Assembly: GCA_025363435.1 (NCBI GenBank)
Contig: JANYDY010000012.1
Coordinates: forward strand, 3,091 to 67,090
Reading direction: 5' to 3'
DNA length: 64,000 bases
Source of the DNA: Betaproteobacteria bacterium
GTDB lineage: Bacteria > Pseudomonadota > Gammaproteobacteria > Burkholderiales > SG8-41
In this document: positions 8,539 to 16,426 of the stretch, piece by piece
Layout: every line of letters begins with the position of its first letter
Position numbering within the stretch: the first letter of the stretch is position 1
The notes under the pieces: model-generated
The model's input: only the letters and a program-made list of their open reading frames with translations
Databases searched by the model: none
Told to the model about the DNA's origin: nothing
Made by a program: the position numbers and the translations under genes

Positions 8539-8793
8539 ATGCAGCGTATCCTGGAATACTTGAAGAATCACGGCGAACGGCTCGACTCTGAAATCGCCGC
8601 AGCAACCGGCATGTCGGTTGAAAACGTCCGCACAGCGGTATCGGACCTGTCCGCCAAGGGCGACGTCATGGTATGCCGCTCGATTCGATTCAGAGACGGC
8701 AAACATATCGAAGCAGTGCTGTGCCGCATTGCCGGTTATATTCCGCCCGCCGCCCCCGGCAGAAAACCAAAAGCACAGCCGGAAAAGAAATAA
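8539..8793 (+). CDS. Small (84 aa) putative winged-helix DNA-binding protein with a basic Pro/Lys-rich tail
   Basis: ATG at 8539, 8 nt after GGGAG. MQRILEYLKNHGERLDSEIAAATGMSVENVRTAVSDLSAKGDV has the layout of a FaeA/ArsR-like wHTH. The family assignment is by eye only. Confidence 0.45.
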   Translation: MQRILEYLKNHGERLDSEIAAATGMSVENVRTAVSDLSAKGDVMVCRSIRFRDGKHIEAVLCRIAGYIPPAAPGRKPKAQPEKK

Positions 8794-8829
8794 CCGGTCG
8801 CGGCAGTAAACCGCCGCAAACCCGCCGAA

Positions 8830-8851
8830 CTGCAGTGCAGCCGCACTGCAG
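8830..8851. terminator. Perfect 9-bp hairpin between convergent genes (possible bidirectional terminator)
   Basis: ctgcagtgc-agcc-gcactgcag lies between the stop at 8793 (+) and the stop at 8878 (-). Confidence 0.45.
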
Positions 8852-8877
8852 TCCCTGCAATTTTCAGTTGAAACGAC

Positions 8878-9390
8878 TCAGCCCGAAGCAGCAGTCTTCG
8901 GGCCGATCGCGCCTTCTTTCTCCAGCAACGCGTAAATGCCGCCGGCCTTGAGCAGATCAAGCAGCTTGGGCGGCAAGGCGATGGCGGCCAGCGATTTATC
9001 GCTCGTAACGTTTCTCACCGTCGCCGCATCGAAATCGACTTCCGCGATATCGCCTTCTTCAAAGGCGTCGAACACGTTCGCGCATTCGATTGCAGGAAAC
9101 GCAAAATTCACACAGTTGCGGAAGAACAGGCCGTTGAGCGAATGCGCCACGAGACAGCTCAATCCAAGATTTTTCAGCGAACGCGCCGCCGGCCGGCTTG
9201 AACCCATGCCGAAATTGCGTCCGCCGATAAGTATGTCGCCGGGTTTAACCTGTTCAGACCAGCCGGGGCGGTTGTTGCGAAAAACCCACGGCGCCTGCTC
9301 GGCCGGCGTCAGATAAAACGCCTGGATCGGCAGGATCAGGTCGGTGTTGATGTTGTCGCCACACTTCCAGACGCGCGATTGGAATTTCAT
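8878..9390 (-). CDS. Aconitase-family dehydratase small subunit (LeuD/HacB-like)
   Basis: 170-aa ORF. Motifs GDNINTDLILP and GRNFGMGSSR are typical of the short LeuD-type swivel subunit. It starts 6 nt after the large-subunit stop. Confidence 0.85.
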   Translation of the reverse strand: MKFQSRVWKCGDNINTDLILPIQAFYLTPAEQAPWVFRNNRPGWSEQVKPGDILIGGRNFGMGSSRPAARSLKNLGLSCLVAHSLNGLFFRNCVNFAFPAIECANVFDAFEEGDIAEVDFDAATVRNVTSDKSLAAIALPPKLLDLLKAGGIYALLEKEGAIGPKTAASG

Positions 9391-9396
9391 GGCGTC

Positions 9397-10650
9397 TCAG
9401 TTTAAAAATTCGCGTGGATCGGTGATCGTACCGTTGATCGCAGAAGCCGCAACCGTTGCCGGTGAACCCATGTAAATCTTCGCGCTCGGGTCGCCCATGC
9501 GGCCCTTGAAATTGCGCGTCGTCGCCGTGATGCAGGTTTCATTCGGACCGAGCACGCCAAGATGGCCGCCGCCGCAGGCGCCACAGGTCGCCGGCGTCAC
9601 CACCGCGCCGGCATCAATCAGCTTGGCGATGATGCCGCTCTTCAGCGCCTGCCGGTATACCGTCTGCGATGCCGGTGTCACGATCAAGCGCACTTTCGAC
9701 GAGACGCGGCGGCCGTCGAGTATGGACGCGGCCAACTCCAGATCGTCGAGTGTGCCGTTAGCGCATGAGCCAATAAAAGCCTGGTCGATTTTCGTGCCTT
9801 TGGCGTCACCGACCGGACGCGAGTTGTTCACCACGCTGTCAGGATAGGCCACCAGCGGTTCGAGGATGCCGAGGTTGACCTTGCGCAACGCCGCGTATTT
9901 CGCATCGGCATCTGCATATACCGCCTCGAACGGCGCCGGGTTGCGCGCGCGCACCCAGTCGAGCATAACGTCATCGGGTTCGAAGGTCGCAAATTCAGCG
10001 GACAATTCGGCTGCCATGGTCGTCAGCGTTTTACGCGCGTTGATGCTCAAGCTTTGCATGCCGGCGCCGCCGAATTCCACATTCATCGTCGCATGGTCGC
10101 CATGCTCGCCGGCGATCTGCAGGAAAGCGTCTTTCGCGGTAACCGCGCGCGGCAATTTTCCGATCAGTTCATAACGCACGGTCTCACCGACGCGAAACCA
10201 GGTTTCGTTTTTGCACGCCGCGTAAACGATATCGGGCTGCCCCACGCCGCGCGCGATGCAATTGAAGACGCCACCGCTGCAAGTGTGCGAATCGCTGCAC
10301 AACAACACGCTACCAGGCAGGCCGTAACCGTGATCGGCAACCAGCTGGTGCGCGATGCCCTGCGAATAACCGACGTCGTGAAAGCGCTTGATGCCGAAGC
10401 GCGCGACGAACTCGCGGCCGATGCCATGCGCCGTCGCCGAGGCCTGCGTCGCCGCCGGCACACGATGGTCGAAAACGACGATGATGCTGTCCGGGTCGTT
10501 GACCTTCAGAACCTCGCGCCAGCGGTTGGTCATGAAGTTGTTATCGAACAATATGACCGTATCGACCGCAACCGTGACGAGATCGCCGGGACTGACTTTT
10601 TTCAGCCCACTCTTTTTCGCGAGGATTTTTTCCGCTACCGTCATACCCAT
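9397..10650 (-). CDS. Aconitase-family dehydratase large subunit (LeuC/HacA-like, 4Fe-4S)
   Basis: ORF 9397..10701. I prefer the ATG at 10650 (MGMTVAEKILAKK). Cluster Cys motifs CSDSHT, GSCANG and CGACGGG are present. Confidence 0.85.
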   Translation of the reverse strand: MGMTVAEKILAKKSGLKKVSPGDLVTVAVDTVILFDNNFMTNRWREVLKVNDPDSIIVVFDHRVPAATQASATAHGIGREFVARFGIKRFHDVGYSQGIAHQLVADHGYGLPGSVLLCSDSHTCSGGVFNCIARGVGQPDIVYAACKNETWFRVGETVRYELIGKLPRAVTAKDAFLQIAGEHGDHATMNVEFGGAGMQSLSINARKTLTTMAAELSAEFATFEPDDVMLDWVRARNPAPFEAVYADADAKYAALRKVNLGILEPLVAYPDSVVNNSRPVGDAKGTKIDQAFIGSCANGTLDDLELAASILDGRRVSSKVRLIVTPASQTVYRQALKSGIIAKLIDAGAVVTPATCGACGGGHLGVLGPNETCITATTRNFKGRMGDPSAKIYMGSPATVAASAINGTITDPREFLN

Positions 10651-10701
10651 GATATTTACCCCAAACCGACTCGCAAAACGAACGACATCGGCAAGCCCCA
10701 T

Positions 10702-10737
10702 CCCTCACCCCGCCCTCTCCCTGAGGGAGAGGGTGAG
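10702..10737. repeat. REP-like palindromic element, family 1, copy 1 (CTCACCC..CCCTCTCCC-tga-GGGAGAGGG-TGAG)
   Basis: Perfect 9-bp inner stem plus a CTCACC/GGTGAG outer stem. Intergenic between the lyase and LeuC-like genes. Related copies at 53331-53370 and 54665-54699. Confidence 0.8.
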
Positions 10738-10739
10738 TA

Positions 10740-10772
10740 CAGCCCTGATTCGCTGATGCGAATCAGGGGCTC
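10740..10772. repeat. Second hairpin adjacent to REP copy 1 (13-bp stem with one bulge)
   Basis: cagccctgattcgc-tgat-gcgaatcaggggctc, directly after the stop of the lyase gene (10776). Confidence 0.6.
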
Positions 10773-10775
10773 ACT

Positions 10776-11672
10776 CTATCCGCCGACAAACTTCTTCTCG
10801 AGTTCGTCGAGCTGTTTCATGCCCATGAGATCGTTCAATTCATCGAACGACGCCAGCAGATCCGGACGATCGACCACGCGGTTATGCGTGACGACCTCTT
10901 CCTTGAACACCGCCAGCGCATTCATCATGCCCTTCAAGGCCGCAGTCGAGAGCAGGCGCGGGTAACTGACACCGCCTACTCCGAGGTCCTGCAACTCCTT
11001 CGGCGACATCAGCGGCGTGGTTTTGCGCGAGCGCATGCCGAGCCCCATATTAACGATGAGTTTTTTCGGCACGTTCTTCGCTACCTTGGCGATATCTTCT
11101 TTCGACAGCAGTGCATCGGCGTATAAAACATCGGCGCCGGCTTCCGCATACATATTCAGCCGGCGAATCGCTTCGTCGACGCCATGCGGGCCCGCCGCAT
11201 CGGTACGCGAAACAATGCAGAAATCGTTGTCGCGGCGCGCATCGACCGCAGCTTTGACCTTTTGCACCATTTCTTCGGCCGGAATGCACGACTTGCCGGC
11301 CATATGGCCACAGCGTTTCGGCCACACCTGGTCTTCGAACATTAGCGCCGCCATGCCGGCCTTCTCGAAGGCACGCACGACGAAATGCACAGTCATCGCA
11401 TTGCCATAGCCGGTGTCGGCGTCGGCGCGCAATAGGATCTTGTCGGTGCAATCGGCGAGCCGCCGCGCATTGGCGAGATTCTCATCAAAGGTCATGATGC
11501 CGCGATCGGGCCAGCCCATGCGGCTTTCCGATACGCCGGCGCCCGATATCGAGCCCGCCTTGAAACCGCTCGCTTCAACCAGCCGCGCGGTATATCCGTC
11601 GTAGATGCCCGGCTGGATCAATATCTCCGGCGCATTCATCAATTCCTTGAACTGGCGGCCTTTGCTTGCCAT
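10776..11672 (-). CDS. Isocitrate lyase/PEP mutase superfamily C-C lyase (methylisocitrate/dimethylmalate-lyase-like, KRCGH loop present)
   Basis: ATG at 11672 follows AAGGAGAG. Motifs ADADTGYG and FEDQVWPKRCGH (Cys codon complement of 11310-11312). Confidence 0.85.
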   Translation of the reverse strand: MASKGRQFKELMNAPEILIQPGIYDGYTARLVEASGFKAGSISGAGVSESRMGWPDRGIMTFDENLANARRLADCTDKILLRADADTGYGNAMTVHFVVRAFEKAGMAALMFEDQVWPKRCGHMAGKSCIPAEEMVQKVKAAVDARRDNDFCIVSRTDAAGPHGVDEAIRRLNMYAEAGADVLYADALLSKEDIAKVAKNVPKKLIVNMGLGMRSRKTTPLMSPKELQDLGVGGVSYPRLLSTAALKGMMNALAVFKEEVVTHNRVVDRPDLLASFDELNDLMGMKQLDELEKKFVGG

Positions 11673-11775
11673 CAAACTCTCCTTGGATTACGCCCGTGCA
11701 GCACTCAATATGCGCGGGCAACACTGTGCAGGGGAAGCGCCGATTATTACATATAGATCGTGCGCATTTTTCCGG

Positions 11776-12738
11776 CTACTGCGCTTTAAGATCGAGCACC
11801 TTGATCAAGCGCCCCCACTTGGCGAGGTCATTGCGCAGACGCGCGCTGAATTCGGCCGGCGTGCCGCCGCCAACATCGCCGCCCAGCGCAGCCAGGCGCT
11901 CACGCGTGTCCGCATCGCCGAGCGCTTTGACGATTGCCGCATTCAGCAATGCAATCAAGGCGCGTGGCGTTGCAACGGGCGCGAGCACGCCGAACCAGCC
12001 GCTCGCTTCGAAACCTGCCACGCCGGATTCGGCGATCGTCGGCCATTCGGGCGCCAACGCCGAACGCCGGGCGCCTGTCACTGCCAGCGCGCGCAGTTTT
12101 CCCGCCTTCACCTGCGGCATCAGCGTGCTCAAATCACCCGACATGATTTGCACCTGCCCGGCCAGCAGATCGGCAACCGCCGGCGCGACGCCCTTGTACG
12201 GCACGTGCACGATATCGATCTGCGCCATCGCTTTGAACAGCTCGGTGGCGAGGTGCGTGGTTGAACCGTTGCCTGCCGTGCCGTAGTTGAGCTGACCGGG
12301 CCGCGCCTTCGCGTGCACAATCAGTTCGGCCAGCGATTTCACCGGCAGCGACGGATGCACCACCAGCAGGAACGGCATACTGGAAACCAGTGCCACGGTG
12401 GCGAAATCCCGCAACGGGTCGTACGGCAAAGTGTTGGACATACTCGGCAGTATGGTCAGCGGTCCGGCGCTGCCGAGCAGCAGGGTGTAACCGTCAGGCG
12501 CTGCTTTTGCCGCGAGTTCGGTGCCGATCACACCGGCGGCGCCGGCACGATTGTCCGCCACCACGCTTTGACCAAACGACACTGCCAGCTTCTGCCCGAC
12601 CAGCCGCGCGGTGAAATCGACGCCGCCGCCGGGCGCGAACGGCACGATCAAGCGCATCGGTTTTGCCGGATACGGCTGTGCAAACACTGTCGTGGCAAGC
12701 AGCAATGCTGCGATTATCGCCCATCTTACGCCCGTCAT
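11776..12738 (-). CDS. Bug/TctC-family periplasmic solute receptor (paralog 3)
   Basis: ORF 11776..12759. I prefer the ATG at 12738, after a G-rich RBS. Motifs YPAKPMRLIVPFAPGGGVDFTAR and VHVPYKGVAPAVADLLAGQV. Confidence 0.9.
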   Translation of the reverse strand: MTGVRWAIIAALLLATTVFAQPYPAKPMRLIVPFAPGGGVDFTARLVGQKLAVSFGQSVVADNRAGAAGVIGTELAAKAAPDGYTLLLGSAGPLTILPSMSNTLPYDPLRDFATVALVSSMPFLLVVHPSLPVKSLAELIVHAKARPGQLNYGTAGNGSTTHLATELFKAMAQIDIVHVPYKGVAPAVADLLAGQVQIMSGDLSTLMPQVKAGKLRALAVTGARRSALAPEWPTIAESGVAGFEASGWFGVLAPVATPRALIALLNAAIVKALGDADTRERLAALGGDVGGGTPAEFSARLRNDLAKWGRLIKVLDLKAQ

Positions 12739-12852
12739 GCCCGCCCCCCTTTTGCGCACATTTTACGTTGTGTGGAAGCGGGCGCCAAAACGAAACTTGG
12801 GAATCGCTGCGCCATCCAATAGAATCGCAGCAATACTCAACGTGAATTCAAC

Positions 12853-13818
12853 ATGAACCGTATATTCCAGTTGGTTTGCGTACTCGCCTTTGCGGCAAGC
12901 AACGCCGCCATGGCACAGACCTACCCGGTGCGGCCGATACGCATCATCGTACCGAGCACGCCGGGCGGCAGCGTCGACATGCTGGCGCGTACCGTCGGTG
13001 CGCGCATGGGTGAGCATTGGGGCCAGCAAGTCGTTGTAGACAACCGCTCGGGCGCCGGCGGCATCATTGCCGGCGAGCTCACTGCCAAAGCCGCACCCGA
13101 CGGTTATACGCTGATCATGGCGACCATCTCGTCGATGGCGACCAATGTGAGTCTCACCCGCAACCTGCCCTACGATCCGGTACGCGACTTCGCGCCGGTC
13201 ACGCACGTCGCTTCGCAACAGATCGTGCTGCTGGCGGGCGCAAACTTCGCTGCGAAGACCCTGCCGGATTTGATTACGATGGCCAAAGCAAAGCCCGGTC
13301 AGATTGCTTTCGGCACTGCGGGCAACGGCACCGGCGGCCATCTCGCCGGCGAACTCTTCAAGCTGCTCGCCGGCATCGACCTGCTGCACATTCCGTACAA
13401 GGGCGCAGCACCCGCGCTGGTCGACGTCATCAGTGGACAAGTACCGTTGACGCCGATCAGCATCAACACCGCGTTGCCAGCGCTCAAATCAGGACGCGTG
13501 CGCGCGCTGGCGGTCAGCGGATCACATCGTTCTCCGGCGCTTCCGGAAACGCCAACGATGATGGAATCCGGCGTGAAAGGTTACGAGTCGTACACCTGGT
13601 ACGGCCTGCTCGCACCGAAGGCGACGCCGCGCGCGATTGTCATGAAGCTGAACGCAGAAACGGTGGCCATTCTGAAAATACCGGAGGTGCGCGAGCGTCT
13701 GCTTGCCGACGGCGCCGAGCCGGTCGGCAACACGCCGGAGCAATTCGGCGCCTTCATTAAATCCGAAATCGACAAATGGGGCAAGGTCATCAAAGCTGCC
13801 GGCTTGAAAGCCGAATGA
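12853..13818 (+). CDS. Bug/TctC-family periplasmic solute receptor (paralog 4)
   Basis: 321-aa ORF. Signal peptide MNRIFQLVCVLAFAASNAAMA. Motifs YPVRPIRIIVPSTPGGSVDMLAR and LHIPYKGAAPALVDVISGQV. Divergent from paralog 3. Confidence 0.9.
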   Translation: MNRIFQLVCVLAFAASNAAMAQTYPVRPIRIIVPSTPGGSVDMLARTVGARMGEHWGQQVVVDNRSGAGGIIAGELTAKAAPDGYTLIMATISSMATNVSLTRNLPYDPVRDFAPVTHVASQQIVLLAGANFAAKTLPDLITMAKAKPGQIAFGTAGNGTGGHLAGELFKLLAGIDLLHIPYKGAAPALVDVISGQVPLTPISINTALPALKSGRVRALAVSGSHRSPALPETPTMMESGVKGYESYTWYGLLAPKATPRAIVMKLNAETVAILKIPEVRERLLADGAEPVGNTPEQFGAFIKSEIDKWGKVIKAAGLKAE

Positions 13819-13827
13819 ACGCGTCGA

Positions 13828-14718
13828 TCAGCGTTTAGCGCCCTTGCGCACCGTATCGAGGTGCGCGCACACCTGTTGCGCGCCAAGCAAAACGCGCGGC
13901 GTCTGCCGCTGTATCGCATCAGGGTCTACACGCAGTGCGGGCAGATTACGCAATCCTTCGAATTGCGAATGCTGCCGCCACAATGCCGCGAGATCCTGCG
14001 CCGAGACCGACGAACCGCCGCCGAGCACGACCTGCGGTTTGCGCGCGATCACATCTTCGAGCGAAATCACCGGTGCCAGTGCCGGCAATCCGGCGAAAAT
14101 ATTCTCGCCACCGCACAACTCGATCACGTCGCTGATCATGTGTTGCCGGTTCACCGTCATTAGCGGCTGGTGCCAGATTTCGTAAAACACCCGTACTCTG
14201 GCGGCGTCAGCGTATTGCGCGCGCAGCAACTGCACGCTTTGCTCAAAAGCACGCGCCGCCGTTTCGGCTTCCGCTGACGTTCCCGCCAGTTGACCGACGA
14301 CGCGCAGTACGCGCGGCACGTCACTGAGTGTTGCGGGCTCAATCACAAACAGCTTCAACCCAAGACGTTCGATGCGCGCCAAATCCGCCATGCGATTGCC
14401 GCTCTTCCAGCCGATAACCAGATCGGGCTGCAGGCTCAACAGGCGTTCGGCATCGATACTGGAAGCATCGCCGATCTGCGGCAAGCTCATCGCCGCCGGC
14501 GGGAAATCGCTGAAGCGCGGCACCGCAGCGAGCCTGGCGCCGGCGCCGGCCGCAAATACAAGTTCGGTAATCGACGGCGCCAGCGCAACGATGCGACGCG
14601 CTGGCGCGGGCAGCCGCAACGTGACGCCGCGATCGTCGACGATGACGATGTCGGCGGCGCGCGTCATCGACGCCAATGCACAAACTGCCGCGAGTGCGAC
14701 GCAAACCAGCCACTGCAT
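13828..14718 (-). CDS. BtuF/FhuD-type (cluster A) periplasmic binding protein, cobalamin-binding-protein-like
   Basis: ORF 13828..14838. The ATG at 14718 gives signal peptide MQWLVCVALAAVCALASMTRA. Motifs RIVALAPSITELVFA and PDLVIG are typical of BtuF-like proteins. It starts 20 nt after the anchor-subunit stop. Confidence 0.75.
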   Translation of the reverse strand: MQWLVCVALAAVCALASMTRAADIVIVDDRGVTLRLPAPARRIVALAPSITELVFAAGAGARLAAVPRFSDFPPAAMSLPQIGDASSIDAERLLSLQPDLVIGWKSGNRMADLARIERLGLKLFVIEPATLSDVPRVLRVVGQLAGTSAEAETAARAFEQSVQLLRAQYADAARVRVFYEIWHQPLMTVNRQHMISDVIELCGGENIFAGLPALAPVISLEDVIARKPQVVLGGGSSVSAQDLAALWRQHSQFEGLRNLPALRVDPDAIQRQTPRVLLGAQQVCAHLDTVRKGAKR

Positions 14719-14737
14719 GGATTTCAAGCCGAAACGG

Positions 14738-15676
14738 TTACGAGATGGCTTGATAATAAAGATTTTGCGGATGCCGCGCCTGCGCAAAGAAATACCAGCG
14801 CTCGGCCAGGAGGCCCGCGTACTGCACGCCGAAAGCAACGGCCAGCCATTGCGGCGCTGCCGCCGTCAGCACAATGACTAGCAGCAGCAGCGGCACGGCA
14901 AACACGCAAATCAGGAAAAACCATTTCACCGCCGCGACAACTTCTTTGCTGCGGCCGTGGAAAAACTCGCGTGTATTAAAGCTGCCGCCCATCGCGCCCT
15001 GCGCCTTCTGCGCGATTTTCGGGTTGGCGATGCCGATTGCCGTTTGTAGCGTCGATTTCGGCCGCAGGCGTGCATTACGTGCCAGCGACATGCCGCGCGT
15101 CAGCGCAGCAAATAAAGTCACCACCCCTGCGAGCGCCGCCAGCAACGGCGCAATCGATGGCCACACGGCATTGGCGACAGCAGCTGCGAGCAACGCACCT
15201 GATGCGGTGCCGAGCAGCAGAAAATTAATGAAAGTCAGCGGCGTGTGCCATTCCTGCAGGAATTTGAGGCAGATATAAATCATCGCCGTGCACAAAAACA
15301 AGGCGAGGCACAGCAGTGCAGCGCCGAAACCGATCCACGCCGCACAGTTCAAACCCGTCGCATGCGCATAGCCGTAGGCGGCAACCGCCGCAATAAACGC
15401 CGGCAGCACGATGACTTCGCGCGACAGCCACGAGGTACGCCACATTGCGATCGCGCGCCAGGCGCGTTCCGGATGACCAAGGTGGAAAAACGATCCCGCC
15501 AGGCCGCCGACCAGCAACAAAACCGAAATCACCGCGCCAATCACAAACAATTGCGACGGCGCAGTGCCGATAACACCGATCCGCGCCGCCACGTCGATGC
15601 CGAACAAGGCGAGGAACAACCCCTGCCCGGCGCCGATCAAGGTGGTCAGAAATATGACGGACCAGGCGGGATTCAT
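14738..15676 (-). CDS. DmsC-family membrane anchor subunit, 8 predicted TM helices (SoeC-like)
   Basis: 312-aa hydrophobic ORF in which I count eight hydrophobic segments. Its start overlaps the Fe-S subunit stop (ATGA at 15673-15676). Confidence 0.8.
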   Translation of the reverse strand: MNPAWSVIFLTTLIGAGQGLFLALFGIDVAARIGVIGTAPSQLFVIGAVISVLLLVGGLAGSFFHLGHPERAWRAIAMWRTSWLSREVIVLPAFIAAVAAYGYAHATGLNCAAWIGFGAALLCLALFLCTAMIYICLKFLQEWHTPLTFINFLLLGTASGALLAAAVANAVWPSIAPLLAALAGVVTLFAALTRGMSLARNARLRPKSTLQTAIGIANPKIAQKAQGAMGGSFNTREFFHGRSKEVVAAVKWFFLICVFAVPLLLLVIVLTAAAPQWLAVAFGVQYAGLLAERWYFFAQARHPQNLYYQAIS

Positions 15677-16380
15677 GCTTTGACGGCTCCGTCGTTGGGC
15701 GCTGCCATTGCACCATCGATAACGCGCGGATCATCCTGTAACGCCGCGACCGCATTGACTGCCTTGTTCGGATTGCGCGGCAGATATTGATTCGCCGGTC
15801 TGGTTTCCCACTCCGGCATCAGGGCATAACCGCCGCGTTCGCGCACCGCTTTCGAAACTTCGGATTCCGGATCGTGCACGTCGCCGAACAAACGCGCGCT
15901 GGTCGGGCAGGCAATCACGCAGGCCGGTTTGCGCTCTTCCTCGGGCAATTCCTTGCTGGTGATACGGTCGACGCACAGCGTGCATTTTTTCATCACCTGC
16001 TGCTGCTCATCGATTTCGCGCGCGCCGTACGGGCAGGCCCAAGCGCAATACTTGCAGCCGATGCACTTGTCGTAATCGACCAGCACGATGCCGTCTTCGG
16101 CGCGCTTGTAGCTGGCGCCGGTCGGACACACCGGCACGCACGGGGGATCTTCGCAATGCAGGCAGGATTTCGGAAAGTGCACGGTCTCGGTTGCGGGGAA
16201 TTCGCCGACTTCGTAGGTCTGCACACGGTTGAAGAAGGTGCCGCTCGGGTCCTTACCGTACGGATTCTGGTCCGTCAACGGCCCGGCTGCGCCGCCGGTG
16301 TTCCATTCCTTGCAGCTCGTCGCGCAGGCATGGCAGCCGACGCAAACATTCAAATCGATCACCAATGCGAGTTGCGTCAT
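15673..16380 (-). CDS. 4x[4Fe-4S] ferredoxin-type electron-transfer subunit (DmsB/SoeB-like)
   Basis: ORF 15673..16398. The ATG at 16380 follows GAGG. Cys motifs CVGCHAC, CLHCEDPPC, CIGCKYCAWAC and CTLC are visible. Confidence 0.9.
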   Translation of the reverse strand: MTQLALVIDLNVCVGCHACATSCKEWNTGGAAGPLTDQNPYGKDPSGTFFNRVQTYEVGEFPATETVHFPKSCLHCEDPPCVPVCPTGASYKRAEDGIVLVDYDKCIGCKYCAWACPYGAREIDEQQQVMKKCTLCVDRITSKELPEEERKPACVIACPTSARLFGDVHDPESEVSKAVRERGGYALMPEWETRPANQYLPRNPNKAVNAVAALQDDPRVIDGAMAAPNDGAVKA

Positions 16381-16426
16381 CGCGGGCCTCGCGCGCACTT
16401 GATCTTCGCGAGCCTCGCGTGTTTAT

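Noticed and set aside
7671-8877. The relatively AT-rich 1.2-kb stretch (cspA plus the small wHTH gene) as a horizontally acquired islet or prophage remnant
   Set aside because: There is no integrase, tRNA, flanking direct repeat or phage-like gene. A low-GC long leader is normal for csp genes.
10054-10965. 303-aa plus-strand ORF reading through the REP element (..PHPSPRPLPEGEGEYSPDSLMRIRGSLY..)
   Set aside because: It is antisense to the LeuC-like and lyase genes. The central Pro/Gly-rich peptide is just the translated palindrome.
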